NCBI GenBank assembly: GCA_009995365.1
Contig: JAACPR010000003.1
Span: forward strand, 405 to 64,404
Length of the DNA: 64,000 nucleotides
Origin: Candidatus Parcubacteria bacterium
Lineage (GTDB): Bacteria > Patescibacteriota > Minisyncoccia > Phycocordibacterales > JAACPR01
Reading direction: 5' to 3'
Every line of letters begins with the position of its first letter. Position 1 is the stretch's first letter. Position numbers and translations under genes: made by a program. The notes below the pieces were generated by a model. That model made no database searches and was not told the DNA's origin. It saw nothing but the letters and a program-made list of their open reading frames with translations. Shown here one piece after another: positions 37,239 to 46,518 of this stretch.

Positions 37239-37451
37239 TTAGCCTCTTGTATATTCGGATTGTATGTCTGGACCTAGTTTTTCTCTGTAGTGTTCAGTGC
37301 TTTCATTTTTTATTTGATTGCAAGAACATTCACAGATATTAGAGATCTTTATGTTTCGGTATCCCATCATAAAAGACCTTTTTTCTATTTTTAAGATAAG
37401 CCCGTTGCATTCTGAATGTCTACCTTTCCCGCATAAACTACATATTTTCAT
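37239..37451 (-). CDS. Small Cys-rich (zinc-ribbon-like) hypothetical protein
   Basis: CSLCGKGRHSEC...CECSCNQ. Confidence 0.3.
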   Translation of the reverse strand: MKICSLCGKGRHSECNGLILKIEKRSFMMGYRNIKISNICECSCNQIKNESTEHYREKLGPDIQSEYTRG

Positions 37452-37571
37452 AATGAACCTTTAGATTTAGTATAAGGTAAAAATTATTAAAATGAAAATT
37501 AGTTTAATTTAAATAAATTATAGGGATAAAAATTGTATATCTGTATTTAAATAAGTTATACTTTTGTTTAT

Positions 37572-37979
37572 ATGAAAAAAGGGTTCACATTAATTGAATT
37601 GTTGGTTGTTATCTCCATTAATAAAACAGATAGACATAATATAGCATTTGATAGTTGTGGGGAGTCTGATGCGAGTGGTTTAGGTTGTAATGAAGGTACA
37701 ACTTGGAAAGAAGCAAAAGATCTTTGTGAAAGCGTTGGGGCAAGATTATGTACTATTGAAGAAACTGAAAATAATATCCCGCGAGGAACAGGGTGCGGTT
37801 TCGATTCTGATATGGTTTGGACTATGAGTCCATGTGAAAGCGGAATGTATATAAGAGAAGGAAATTATGATTCTAATTGGGATAGATATTGCCAAAAGGA
37901 TTTGAATGATACAACTGCAAATGGTGGTAAATATTCTGGTAATAATATCGCAGTCCGTTGTTGCGCCGATGATTATTAA
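37572..37979 (+). CDS. Type IV pilin-like N-terminus fused to a C-type lectin-like domain
   Basis: MKKGFTLIELLVVISI (G-1/F+1/E+5). TWKEAKDLCESVGARLCTIEETE is a C-type-lectin-domain WxxAxxxCxxxGxxL pattern. The protein ends ...AVRCCADDY. Confidence 0.55.
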   Translation: MKKGFTLIELLVVISINKTDRHNIAFDSCGESDASGLGCNEGTTWKEAKDLCESVGARLCTIEETENNIPRGTGCGFDSDMVWTMSPCESGMYIREGNYDSNWDRYCQKDLNDTTANGGKYSGNNIAVRCCADDY

Positions 37980-37980
37980 T

Positions 37981-38135
37981 GTGGACATCTTGCATAATTA
38001 TTGGAAACATCTAGAATATTGGGTTTATGTGAGTTATGACAAGATATTAGAGCTGGAGGGGGGAAATATTAACCTTATAAATAAAAGATAAGTTGTGGTG
38101 ATAAGTATCACATAGTGGTAATTAAATAAGATATA
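37981..38135 (+). repeat. Island repeat family, copy 1 (about 150 bp). It has a GTG-initiated mini-ORF (36 codons) and a GTGATAAGTATCAC palindrome box.
   Basis: gtggacatcttgcataattattggaaacatctagaatattgggtttatg...ggtgataagtatcacatagtggtaattaaataag. Confidence 0.7.
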
Positions 38136-38143
38136 ATATTTTT

Positions 38144-38440
38144 ATGAGTAATCTCACAAAAATATTAACTGCTTTCATTGTCCCTAATGTCATGTTGTTT
38201 CTTTTAGGCTCTGGAATAGTTGATGAGTTTATATATTCAATAAATAAAAATGTAGGAGAATCTTTTTCAAGCATCATTTGGATTATTATTGTTGCTTTTT
38301 ATATAGCGGGCTTCTCAATTTTAACTAGTCTGGAATATTCTAAAAAAATAAAAATAGTTTATTATCTACTGTATCTGGTCGGTGTACCGATCTTATTTAT
38401 TTTTATTGCTCTATTTCTATTTACAATACAATTTGGTTAA
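38144..38440 (+). CDS. Hypothetical small membrane protein (3 TM)
   Basis: ORF with a hydrophobic profile following repeat copy 1. Confidence 0.4.
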   Translation: MSNLTKILTAFIVPNVMLFLLGSGIVDEFIYSINKNVGESFSSIIWIIIVAFYIAGFSILTSLEYSKKIKIVYYLLYLVGVPILFIFIALFLFTIQFG

Positions 38441-38516
38441 TAAAATTAACTAATTATTTTTTCTAAACCCTGTTATACATTAAAAATACCCTTACAAAAT
38501 AAGAGTATTTTTTCTT

Positions 38517-38680
38517 GTGGACATCGTGCTTAATTATTGGAACCACCTAGAATGCTGGGTGTATGAGAGTTATGACAAAGTAATTGAGTTAGAGGAGGGG
38601 AATTGAGCCTTGCAAATAAAGAATAGGTTACGGTGATAAGTATCACATATAGGTAATTAAATAATATAAAAGAAAACACC
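38517..38680 (+). repeat. Island repeat family, copy 2
   Basis: gtggacatcgtgcttaattattggaaccacctagaatgctgggtgtatgagagttatgacaaag...ggtgataagtatcacatataggtaattaaataat. Confidence 0.7.
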
Positions 38681-38718
38681 CTATCGAAGATAAAATGTCT
38701 TCAGTAGGGTGTTGATAT

Positions 38719-39132
38719 TTACATAAACCCATCAAATGGTCTACATCTCATACCATACGGGTCAGTATTAGGAAGGTGGACTTCATCAGGTAGTTTCTGA
38801 GGTTCTTCATCGGATTCGTTTAATTCAAGTCCAAGAAGAGCTTCTATTGCTGGGAGTATTTCATCCCAATCAAATACTTCACCTTTAGTAACGGATATTT
38901 CATGGTTGTGTGTATGAACACCTTCCACTCCGTCTAAATAATTGATTCTTTCAATGATGACAGGTTTCTCCGCTTCTTCACCAAGTAATCCAAATAAGTC
39001 ACCACCTACAGATATAAAATCTTTTCCAAAGTATATGCTTGTTTGAATACAAACAATATTTTGATTGGGTGGAAACTTGAATTTGTAACGAAGTCTCTTT
39101 CCCTTCTTTTTGTTTAAGGGCTCTTCAGCCAT
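38719..39132 (-). CDS. Hypothetical protein
   Basis: ORF of 137 aa with a terminator hairpin downstream at 38685-38715. Confidence 0.4.
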   Translation of the reverse strand: MAEEPLNKKKGKRLRYKFKFPPNQNIVCIQTSIYFGKDFISVGGDLFGLLGEEAEKPVIIERINYLDGVEGVHTHNHEISVTKGEVFDWDEILPAIEALLGLELNESDEEPQKLPDEVHLPNTDPYGMRCRPFDGFM

Positions 39133-39231
39133 AGTAAACCTCTTTCTAAGAATTTTAATTGAATGTGCTCAACGTCAGAATTGACGAAGTAATTGAATAA
39201 TAACACTAAAACACTAAAAGTCAAGCGATGT

Positions 39232-40286
39232 GACTTTGTAAATTGTCTATCGAAATGCAATCGCTTTTGATAATGATTGCTTCGGAACTCTCTTTATAAT
39301 ACCACGCTCACAAGCCACCTCATGAGCACTTCTATAACCTAGTGACTTTCTATACTTATGATTAAGCAGGTGTAGCTGTGATTGAAATACATCGTCTGAT
39401 ATTTTCGATAGATTAGTTCCTTTAGGAATAAACCATCTTCTGATTAAACCTATACCACCTTCAACATGTGGTTTTTGCCAAGGAGATCCTAAATCACAAA
39501 AATAACTAGGTATGGGTAGTTTATTATGATGAACATTTTCAATTCCATTGTCTGCTAAAAATGTATCTATATTCAAATAGTTTAATTTAGTGTTTATAGA
39601 ATCATCAACAACTCTAGCTTGTCTATTTGGGATTATAGAACCTGAAAATAATTTTGCTTCGGGAACAACGATTAATAACCCACTTGCCTTAGAGTGACAA
39701 TTTTTAGGTGATACAAATAAATCACGTTCTGCATGGATACCTATATTAGGTCTATCCTTAAAGGATATTCTGTTTGGTATTAAAACCTTTTTCCCTAGTT
39801 TAGATTGTTTCTTGCTTCTTGTTCTCTTTGTACATAAATACTGACAATATTGTTGACCATATGAAGAATATAACCATTTATAAATAGCATTAGTGCCAAC
39901 CCTTGATTCTATATTCATTCTCTTCAATCTTCCTGCAATTTCATCAGGAGAACGCAATTTCTTTAATTGTTTTATAATGTATTGTTTTAATTCAGGATAT
40001 GATTCAATTTTGATACCAATTCTTTTTGAATTAAGTCTTTTAACATCAGCATCCTTTTGAGCTGTGGTTGCAGAATATTTATATGTTTTCCTGGGGTATC
40101 TATTGATTTCTCTGGAAACAGTACTTGGGTGTATTCCAAGTATTAGAGCCATATCTTTCTGACTATGTCCGTTCATAAATAAAGCATGAATTCTATCTCT
40201 ATCCCTTTGTTTTAAATGTCTAAAATTTCTTATTTTCTTCATACAATTTAATATTACATAAATTGCATTTCAAAAGAGAATTTTCA
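39232..40286 (-). mobile_element. IS30-family insertion sequence (about 1.05 kb) with 25-bp imperfect terminal inverted repeats
   Basis: Right inverted repeat TGTAAATTGTCTATCGAAATGCAAT and left inverted repeat (reverse complement) TGAAAATTCTCTTTTGAAATGCAAT, matching 20 of 25. They enclose a single transposase gene. Confidence 0.7.
39247..40242 (-). CDS. IS30-family DDE transposase
   Basis: N-terminal HTH (GHSQKDMALILGIHPSTVSREINRY). C-terminal DLGSPWQKPHVEGGIGLIRRWFPKGTNLSKIS...LNHKYRKSLGYRSAHEV is typical of IS30. Confidence 0.85.
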   Translation of the reverse strand: MKKIRNFRHLKQRDRDRIHALFMNGHSQKDMALILGIHPSTVSREINRYPRKTYKYSATTAQKDADVKRLNSKRIGIKIESYPELKQYIIKQLKKLRSPDEIAGRLKRMNIESRVGTNAIYKWLYSSYGQQYCQYLCTKRTRSKKQSKLGKKVLIPNRISFKDRPNIGIHAERDLFVSPKNCHSKASGLLIVVPEAKLFSGSIIPNRQARVVDDSINTKLNYLNIDTFLADNGIENVHHNKLPIPSYFCDLGSPWQKPHVEGGIGLIRRWFIPKGTNLSKISDDVFQSQLHLLNHKYRKSLGYRSAHEVACERGIIKRVPKQSLSKAIAFR

Positions 40287-40332
40287 GACATCGTGTAAAT
40301 ACTTACCATATATAGTTAATTAAATAATATAA
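40287..40332 (+). repeat. Truncated island repeat (5' gacatcgtg joined directly to the 3' box ...atatagttaattaaataat) abutting the IS30 left end
   Basis: Shares the first 9 nt and the last roughly 25 nt of the repeat consensus. Confidence 0.45.
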
Positions 40333-40378
40333 AGAAAAAAGCACCTTTGATATTATCTCCGGTGCCTCGTTGGTTATT

Positions 40379-40552
40379 TTATTCCTGTTCGAGTTTTTCA
40401 AACTTCTCGTCTTTTGGGTCGGGATCATAACCACCTTTTTCAAGACAATCTTTAAGAAGTTGAACTCCTTCTGGTCCAAGAAGTTGCTCGTTTCCTACAT
40501 AGTGTGATGTTTCTGTGTGGCCACAGTTTCTACATCTTATATCATTTGCCAT
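40379..40552 (-). CDS. Small zinc-ribbon-like protein (57 aa)
   Basis: MANDIRCRNCGHTETSHYVGNEQLLGPEGVQLL... It is not in the ORF track because it is shorter than 60 aa. Confidence 0.3.
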   Translation of the reverse strand: MANDIRCRNCGHTETSHYVGNEQLLGPEGVQLLKDCLEKGGYDPDPKDEKFEKLEQE

Positions 40553-40632
40553 ATTTTTCCTTTCTAAAAAAAGATTATCATATTTTTATAAAATAAAAAG
40601 AAAACACCCTATCCAAAGACGGGGTGTCTTTG

Positions 40633-40974
40633 TTATAGGATGTTAATGAAAGCATCCCCGTCTAAAGTGCTATGGCCATATTTAGCCTCACACAGATTTA
40701 TACATTCAAGAACGTATTCTTTGAATGTGTTTTGATTGATTGAAACATCTTCGTCCATCAACAATATGTTGTTAATTTCGTTGATCCAAGACATTACATT
40801 TTCAATTCTCATAGAAGCGTATTCGATACTTGTTCGGTCCATTGACTCTCCGTTCTTATCAAATACCTCGATTGAAGTATTGCGACGATTTTCAGAGCAA
40901 AACTTGATTTTGATTTGCTCTTTGATACCGACTTTAATTATTTTTTCGGTAGTTTCTTCTACTAGGGATTTCAT
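40633..40974 (-). CDS. Hypothetical protein
   Basis: ORF of 113 aa with a downstream terminator hairpin (acaccc...gggtgt) at 40603-40628. Confidence 0.4.
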   Translation of the reverse strand: MKSLVEETTEKIIKVGIKEQIKIKFCSENRRNTSIEVFDKNGESMDRTSIEYASMRIENVMSWINEINNILLMDEDVSINQNTFKEYVLECINLCEAKYGHSTLDGDAFINIL

Positions 40975-41083
40975 TCCGAGTCTCTCCTAAGACTATGGGT
41001 TTAATTTAAATAACTGTTACATTTATAAATATAGCATATTAATACCAAAAATGAGCCTATAAATATAGACTTACTAAAGATGT

Positions 41084-41240
41084 GGACATCGTGCGTAATT
41101 ATTGGAACCACCTAGGACATTGGGTTTATGAGAAGTATGATTTGATTTGTGAGGTGGAGAGCGGGGAATACAGCCTTATAAATTAAGAAACGTGGTGTTT
41201 ATAAGTATCACATATAGTTAATTAAATAAGAAAAACCCCA
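41084..41240 (+). repeat. Island repeat family, copy 3
   Basis: gtggacatcgtgcgtaattattggaaccacctaggacattgggtttatgagaagtatga...tataagtatcacatatagttaattaaataag. Confidence 0.7.
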
Positions 41241-41262
41241 CCAATGTGGTGGGGTTCGAATA

Positions 41263-41667
41263 TTATCCTTCCCAATAAAGAATAATCATTGTTTTGGGAT
41301 CTAAGCTATCCAAAAAAGATTTTATCGCCATGTTAATTTGGCTGGTGTCTTCAGGAAAAATGATTTTCATGAAATCACCAGCTTCTAAGTAACACAATTC
41401 ATTTCCGAATAGGTCATCTTTTTTGACTTCTGTTAACCCTTCGTCTTCGTAAGTCGTCAATGAGATTCCTGCCGGTAAAGGTTTGGGCGAAACCTTTTGT
41501 TCAAATTTCTCTTTTTCGTATTCAGACAAATCTATTATTTGTCTGAAAATTCTACGATCACTTTGAAACCTTAATCTATTAAAACCAATGATGCCGTTCA
41601 TCGTCTCGATGACTTCCGGCAAGTTAAAGTTTCCAATTACAGGATAAATAGTTAATGATATTTGCAT
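41263..41667 (-). CDS. Hypothetical protein
   Basis: ORF of 134 aa with the terminator hairpin ccccaccaatgtggtgggg just downstream. Confidence 0.4.
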   Translation of the reverse strand: MQISLTIYPVIGNFNLPEVIETMNGIIGFNRLRFQSDRRIFRQIIDLSEYEKEKFEQKVSPKPLPAGISLTTYEDEGLTEVKKDDLFGNELCYLEAGDFMKIIFPEDTSQINMAIKSFLDSLDPKTMIILYWEG

Positions 41668-41790
41668 AATTCAATCTTTCTTGTTGAGTTTTTTGAAAAG
41701 AATTTTTCTGCTGATCAATATATAACAAAAAATAATATAAGTCAAACTTATGCCATAAAATATCCTTACAAATAAAGATATTCTCATGAT

Positions 41791-41945
41791 GTGGACATCG
41801 TGCTGAATTATTGGAACCATCTAGAATGTTGGGTTTTTGAGAGTTATGACAAGATAATAGAGCTAGAAGAGGGGAATATGGGGTTTCTAAACAAAGGATA
41901 GTGTATAGTAATATATATCACATACAGTTAATTAAATAGGAAAAT
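41791..41945 (+). repeat. Island repeat family, copy 4
   Basis: gtggacatcgtgctgaattattggaaccatctagaatgttgggtttttgagagttatgacaagataatagagctagaagaggggaatat...atatatcacatacagttaattaaatagg. Confidence 0.7.
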
Positions 41946-41997
41946 AAAAAAGAACCGCGTCCATAAACACACGGTTCTCGAAGTCTGAGATTTTTTG

Positions 41998-42171
41998 CTA
42001 TTGTAAATATATAGCAATAGACCCCACACTGTAAAAAAAAGAGTAAGCCACCATATTCGCCACTTGCCACTTACTGTAGCCACCATCTATCTTCCGCCCA
42101 ATTGCAATGAGGAGGAAAAAGAGGCTTAAAATTGCGAAGGAGACTACGATTATTTTTTCTAGCGTTTCCAT
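41998..42171 (-). CDS. Small membrane protein (57 aa)
   Basis: METLEKIIVVSFAILSLFFLLIAIGRKIDGGYSKW... A hairpin terminator (agaaccg...cggttct) lies downstream at 41955-41982. Confidence 0.3.
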   Translation of the reverse strand: METLEKIIVVSFAILSLFFLLIAIGRKIDGGYSKWQVANMVAYSFFYSVGSIAIYLQ

Positions 42172-42261
42172 TTTATAAATAACTGATTTTTTATGAAGTC
42201 AGGATGACGTCATTTCTGCTTTCTAATATAACATACTTATACAAAAAAGTCAAGAAATTGT

Positions 42262-42345
42262 GGTTGTAAATTGTCTATCGAAATGCAATCGCTTTTAATA
42301 ATGATTGCTTCGGAACTCTCTTTATAATACAACGCTCACAAGTCA
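42262..42345 (+). mobile_element. Remnant of an IS30 right end (inverted repeat plus the 3' end of the transposase gene). It is a solo fragment.
   Basis: About 85 bp nearly identical to 39229-39320. It includes TGTAAATTGTCTATCGAAATGCAAT and then diverges. Confidence 0.55.
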
Positions 42346-42441
42346 CTTCATCGTGAATGATGATATAACTCATTTATGACTAAGTATACACTCTACTGTA
42401 TACTGTATACTTTTTTCTAAAATATGTTATATTATATAGAC

Positions 42442-43413
42442 ATGATTAAAAATAGAGACAAAATAATTGAATATTTGAAAAATAATAAACAGGCAACTCC
42501 TGGTGATATTTCTAGATATTTAAAGATTAATCGATCTGCCACTCATAGACAAATCAAAAGGCTATTAGAAGATGGTGTGCTTGATAAAATTGGTAAATCT
42601 CCAAAAGTTTTTTACATGTTGAAAAATGAAAGTGAAGTGTTGGCTAAATCCAATATTGACGGCAAGTTAAAAGAAACTATAGATGAAAATTTCATGATTA
42701 TAACAGCTGATGGTAATAGAAAAGAGGGAGTAGAAGCTTTTGTTGATTGGTGTAAAGATAGAAACGAAAATGTTGAGAAGTCTGCGATTGAGTATGTGAA
42801 AACATTTGATAAATATTCTGCCTACAAAAAAGATGGCATCATTAATGGTAATTATAAAATTAAAAAAGCATTCGAATCTGTGTATTTGGATGATGTTTTT
42901 TATCTTGATTTTTATGCAATAGAAAGATTTGGGAAAACCAAGCTTGGTCAATTGCTATTGTATGCAAAACAAAGTCAGGATCTTCAGATGATAGAAGAAT
43001 TAAATCAAAAAATTAAACCAGAAATTGTTTCTTTGATAAAAAAACAGAGTGTCGATGCTGTTGGTTTTATTCCACCAACTGTCAAAAGAGAAACTCAGCT
43101 AATGAGAGAAATAAAAAAAGGCCTTAATCTCTCTCTGCCCGAGCTTAATTTAGTTAAAGTCAAGACAAATGTGACAGTGCCACAAAAAACATTGAATAAG
43201 TTATCTCACCGTATTAAAAATGCTGAAAAAACTATTTTTGTTGATGATAATCGGAAATTTAATAAAGTATTGTTGATTGATGATGCTGTTGGTTCTGGAT
43301 CTACACTAAATGAGACTGCTAAAAAAATTAAAGAGCAGGGAATTTCCGATAATGTCATAGGTTTGGCCGTTGTCGGTAGTTTTAGTGGTTTTGAAGTTAT
43401 TAGTGAGGTTTAA
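42442..43413 (+). CDS. Winged-HTH plus phosphoribosyltransferase-domain protein (ComF/PurR-like architecture). The track ORF starts at 42424.
   Basis: N-terminal HTH (ATPGDISRYLKINRSATHRQIKRLLEDG). C-terminal PRPP-binding motif VLLIDDAVGSGSTLNE. Confidence 0.55.
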   Translation: MIKNRDKIIEYLKNNKQATPGDISRYLKINRSATHRQIKRLLEDGVLDKIGKSPKVFYMLKNESEVLAKSNIDGKLKETIDENFMIITADGNRKEGVEAFVDWCKDRNENVEKSAIEYVKTFDKYSAYKKDGIINGNYKIKKAFESVYLDDVFYLDFYAIERFGKTKLGQLLLYAKQSQDLQMIEELNQKIKPEIVSLIKKQSVDAVGFIPPTVKRETQLMREIKKGLNLSLPELNLVKVKTNVTVPQKTLNKLSHRIKNAEKTIFVDDNRKFNKVLLIDDAVGSGSTLNETAKKIKEQGISDNVIGLAVVGSFSGFEVISEV

Positions 43414-43417
43414 GATG

Positions 43418-43792
43418 TGGAAACGGTGGGAATCGAACCCACGTCCAAACAAGGTAAACATATGACTCTACAAAGCTTAGTTTATCTTTTGATCTCGATT
43501 ACTGTTCTGAAAGATAAACAGAACAAACAATAATCCAGCTCGTGATTTCGGATAAGAACGCGAGCAGCGAACTTAACCTATCCTGATTTGCGTCGCCTTA
43601 GTCATCCAATCAGGATTCAGATGGTAAGACGTCGCTAGCTTATTAAGATAAAGCGAATGCAAAGTCTCCAACCTTGTAAGGTGAAGCAATTGAATTGTTT
43701 TTTGCATTTGGTTTTTCTGACAGTTTAAAGATTTATCAGAGATCTGCTTTGCACATATGTTTACGATTTGTTCGTCTAAACCGATCGTCCCC
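43418..43792 (-). ncRNA. ssrA: tmRNA (SsrA)
   Basis: 3' tRNA-like domain GTGGGTTCGATTCCCAC plus acceptor CGTTTCC-A. The 5' end GGGGACGAUCGGUUUAGACGAAC forms the acceptor with a G3:U70 pair and an A73 discriminator (Ala identity). The candidate tag ORF ends ...GDFAFALS with UAAUAA. It lies directly downstream of smpB. Confidence 0.7.
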
Positions 43793-43941
43793 TAGAAAGA
43801 AACGACAGAGTCGCACCCTTGTAGGGAAACAGTTATGACAGGGAAACAGACAAAAACATTTTTTATGGAATCTTTGCAGGCTTCATTTTGATATAACAGA
43901 AGCCGAAACCAATTCCATAAAAATTGTTTTTGGGAGTTTCC

Positions 43942-44391
43942 TTATCGTAATTTTTTCAAAGTTCTATGAATCTCACGGTCAGATTCGCGGCGTTTGATTG
44001 TCTCTCGTTTATCTCGAGTCTTTTTCCCGCGCCCGACAGCGAACTTAACCTTTACCTTATTTCCTTTATTATACAACGACATAGGTATCAATGTCAAACC
44101 CTTCTGATTCTCGATTTCAGCCAACTCCCTCAACTCCTTTTTAGTCAAAAGTAGGCGACGAGGACGCATTTGATCATAGTTATCAGGGGTATTATTTGCT
44201 TGGTAAGGAGGAATATCCAGCCCAATCAGAAAAGCTTCGTTCCCACGGATAACAACATAAGAACCAGAAAGATTCCCTCTGTTATTTTTAAGGGATTTCA
44301 CTTCAAAACCGAATAATTCAATACCGGCTTCGTATTTATCTTGCACCTCATAACTGAAGGTTGCTTTCTTGTTGTTGACTAAAGTTGCCAT
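43942..44391 (-). CDS. smpB: SsrA-binding protein SmpB
   Basis: KATFSYEV...FGFEVKSLK...GNLSGSYVVIRGNEAFL... Confidence 0.9.
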   Translation of the reverse strand: MATLVNNKKATFSYEVQDKYEAGIELFGFEVKSLKNNRGNLSGSYVVIRGNEAFLIGLDIPPYQANNTPDNYDQMRPRRLLLTKKELRELAEIENQKGLTLIPMSLYNKGNKVKVKFAVGRGKKTRDKRETIKRRESDREIHRTLKKLR

Positions 44392-44414
44392 AGGCTTATC
44401 TTATCATAATTTTT

Positions 44415-46391
44415 ATGTATAATGAGGGGACTATGAGTGATAAAAAAGACCAAATAAAAAAACAAAACAAGGCAAAAAAGCCAGCAAATAAAAAAAATAT
44501 CAGAACAATTTATAAACTTAAAAAAGGTGATAAGAAAAAAACTCCAAAAACTTTCTGGAATAATTTCTTTACTACAATTTTAATAATTTTAACTATAACT
44601 CTTCTGTACTCTTTTATAGTCGAAGATCAAAAGAACGAAGAGGAAATTGCTATTTCTCAATTAGCTCAAGATGTTAAAGAGCAGAAAGTCGAATCTATCG
44701 TTATTCGCGGTGAAGATATAGAAGCGGGTTATGTCGATTCTGAAGTGGCTTTTGTTTCTAAGAAAGAGGCGGGAACTTCTATTTCTGAGACTTTCACAAA
44801 TTACGGTGTCACACCTGAACAGTTAGCTGGTGTAACTATTGATATACAAAATCAAACAGGTTTTGGTTATTGGCTATTGGTGGCTGGTCCATTTTTAATT
44901 CCTCTTTTCTTTATCATTTTCTTGATTTGGTATTTATCACGACAAGTTAAAGGTGCAGGAATGCAGGCTTTCACTTTTGGTCAATCAAACGCAAGGATGA
45001 TGAATCCAAAAGACAAGTCTAAAGTGACTTTTGCTGATGTCGCAGGTTCCGAAGAGGCAAAGCAAGAGTTGAGTGAGATTGTTGAATTCTTGAAAAGTCC
45101 AAAGAAATTCATCGAGATTGGAGCGCAAATTCCAAAAGGAATTTTGATGATGGGTGCGCCTGGAACAGGAAAAACATTGCTGGCTCGTGCTACGGCTGGT
45201 GAGGCAAATGTTTCGTTCTTTTCAATTTCTGGTTCTGAATTCGTAGAGATGTTCGTCGGAGTTGGTGCTAGTCGTGTTCGCGATTTGTTCAAAATTGCCA
45301 AGCAATCAGCGCCTGCGATTATCTTTATCGACGAGATTGATGCTGTCGGTCGTGCTCGTGGAGTCGGCGTTGGTGGTGGAAATGATGAAAGAGAGCAGAC
45401 CCTTAATCAAATTCTGGTTGAAATGGATGGTTTTGAACCAACTGACAAGGTAATTATTATGGCTGCTACAAACAGACCAGATGTTCTAGACCCAGCTATT
45501 ATGCGACCAGGTCGTTTCGATCGTCGTGTAACTATTGATTTGCCTGATAGAAAAGATCGCGAACAAATTCTAAAAGTTCAATCTCGCAAAATTCCTCTAG
45601 CAGAAGATGTTAATTTCAAAGTCCTTTCTGAGAGGACTCCTGGATTCTCTGGAGCTGACTTGTATTCTCTAGTAAATGAAGCCGCAATTCTAGCTGCTCG
45701 TGAAGACCGTAAAAAAGTTTCTCAATTTGATTTGGTTCGCTCTATTGAAAAAGTTATGCTTGGTCCAGAACGCAAGAATCACTTGCTTTCACCAAAAGAG
45801 AAAAAAATTACCGCTTATCATGAGGCGGGGCATGCTCTTGTTGCTTCAATTTTGCCGAATGCTGATCCAGTTCACAAAATCTCTATTATATCTCGCGGAC
45901 GCGCCGGAGGTTACACCTTGAAACTTCCAACAGAAGATCGAAAGCTACAATCAAGACAGGAATTCTTGGATGATTTAGCAATGACTCTAGGTGGATATGT
46001 TACGGAAAAAATGATTTTCGGTGATATTACAACTGGTCCTTCAAATGATTTACAAGTAGCAACAGCAACAGCCCGAGACATGGTTACAAGATACGGAATG
46101 AGTGATGAGTTTGGTCCAATCGCACTTGAATCAGGTTCAGGTAAGACTTTGTTTGGGCAAGGCGTTGATGACAAGGATTATTCTGAAAAGGTTGGTGATA
46201 AAATCGATGCAGAAGTTTCTCGTTTATTATCTGAGGCACGAGCTAAAGCAGAAGAAATTTTGACTGCTAACAGGAATATCTTAGAGATAATTGCCAAAAA
46301 ACTACTTGAAGTTGAAACACTTGAAAGAGAACAATACGAAGCAATTTTAGATGCACACGGTATTGATTATAAAAATCGTGACGATAAATAA
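44415..46391 (+). CDS. ftsH: ATP-dependent zinc metalloprotease FtsH
   Basis: AAA module ([14 protein letters not shown]), second region of homology, and HEAGHALV zinc site. Confidence 0.95.
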   Translation: MYNEGTMSDKKDQIKKQNKAKKPANKKNIRTIYKLKKGDKKKTPKTFWNNFFTTILIILTITLLYSFIVEDQKNEEEIAISQLAQDVKEQKVESIVIRGEDIEAGYVDSEVAFVSKKEAGTSISETFTNYGVTPEQLAGVTIDIQNQTGFGYWLLVAGPFLIPLFFIIFLIWYLSRQVKGAGMQAFTFGQSNARMMNPKDKSKVTFADVAGSEEAKQELSEIVEFLKSPKKFIEIGAQIPKGILMMGAPGTGKTLLARATAGEANVSFFSISGSEFVEMFVGVGASRVRDLFKIAKQSAPAIIFIDEIDAVGRARGVGVGGGNDEREQTLNQILVEMDGFEPTDKVIIMAATNRPDVLDPAIMRPGRFDRRVTIDLPDRKDREQILKVQSRKIPLAEDVNFKVLSERTPGFSGADLYSLVNEAAILAAREDRKKVSQFDLVRSIEKVMLGPERKNHLLSPKEKKITAYHEAGHALVASILPNADPVHKISIISRGRAGGYTLKLPTEDRKLQSRQEFLDDLAMTLGGYVTEKMIFGDITTGPSNDLQVATATARDMVTRYGMSDEFGPIALESGSGKTLFGQGVDDKDYSEKVGDKIDAEVSRLLSEARAKAEEILTANRNILEIIAKKLLEVETLEREQYEAILDAHGIDYKNRDDK

Positions 46392-46518
46392 TTCTGTTGT
46401 TTTTCAGAATTATAGATTAAAAAAACTTCAAAAATTGACTTAGATTGAAAAAATTGTATTGTTGTAAATAGACCTTGGTCTTAGACTAACAACAAAAACA
46501 AAACAACAGGAGGTGTAA

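Noticed and set aside
37906-38091. 61-aa track ORF overlapping the end of the pilin-lectin gene
   Set aside because: Its 5' part is an out-of-frame overlap with a bona fide gene. Only the portion from the GTG at 37981 (the repeat-family mini-ORF) is considered meaningful.
43640-43700. Exact tmRNA tag peptide sequence
   Set aside because: The resume codon cannot be fixed by eye. A frame ending ...GDFAFALS-UAAUAA is proposed but not asserted.
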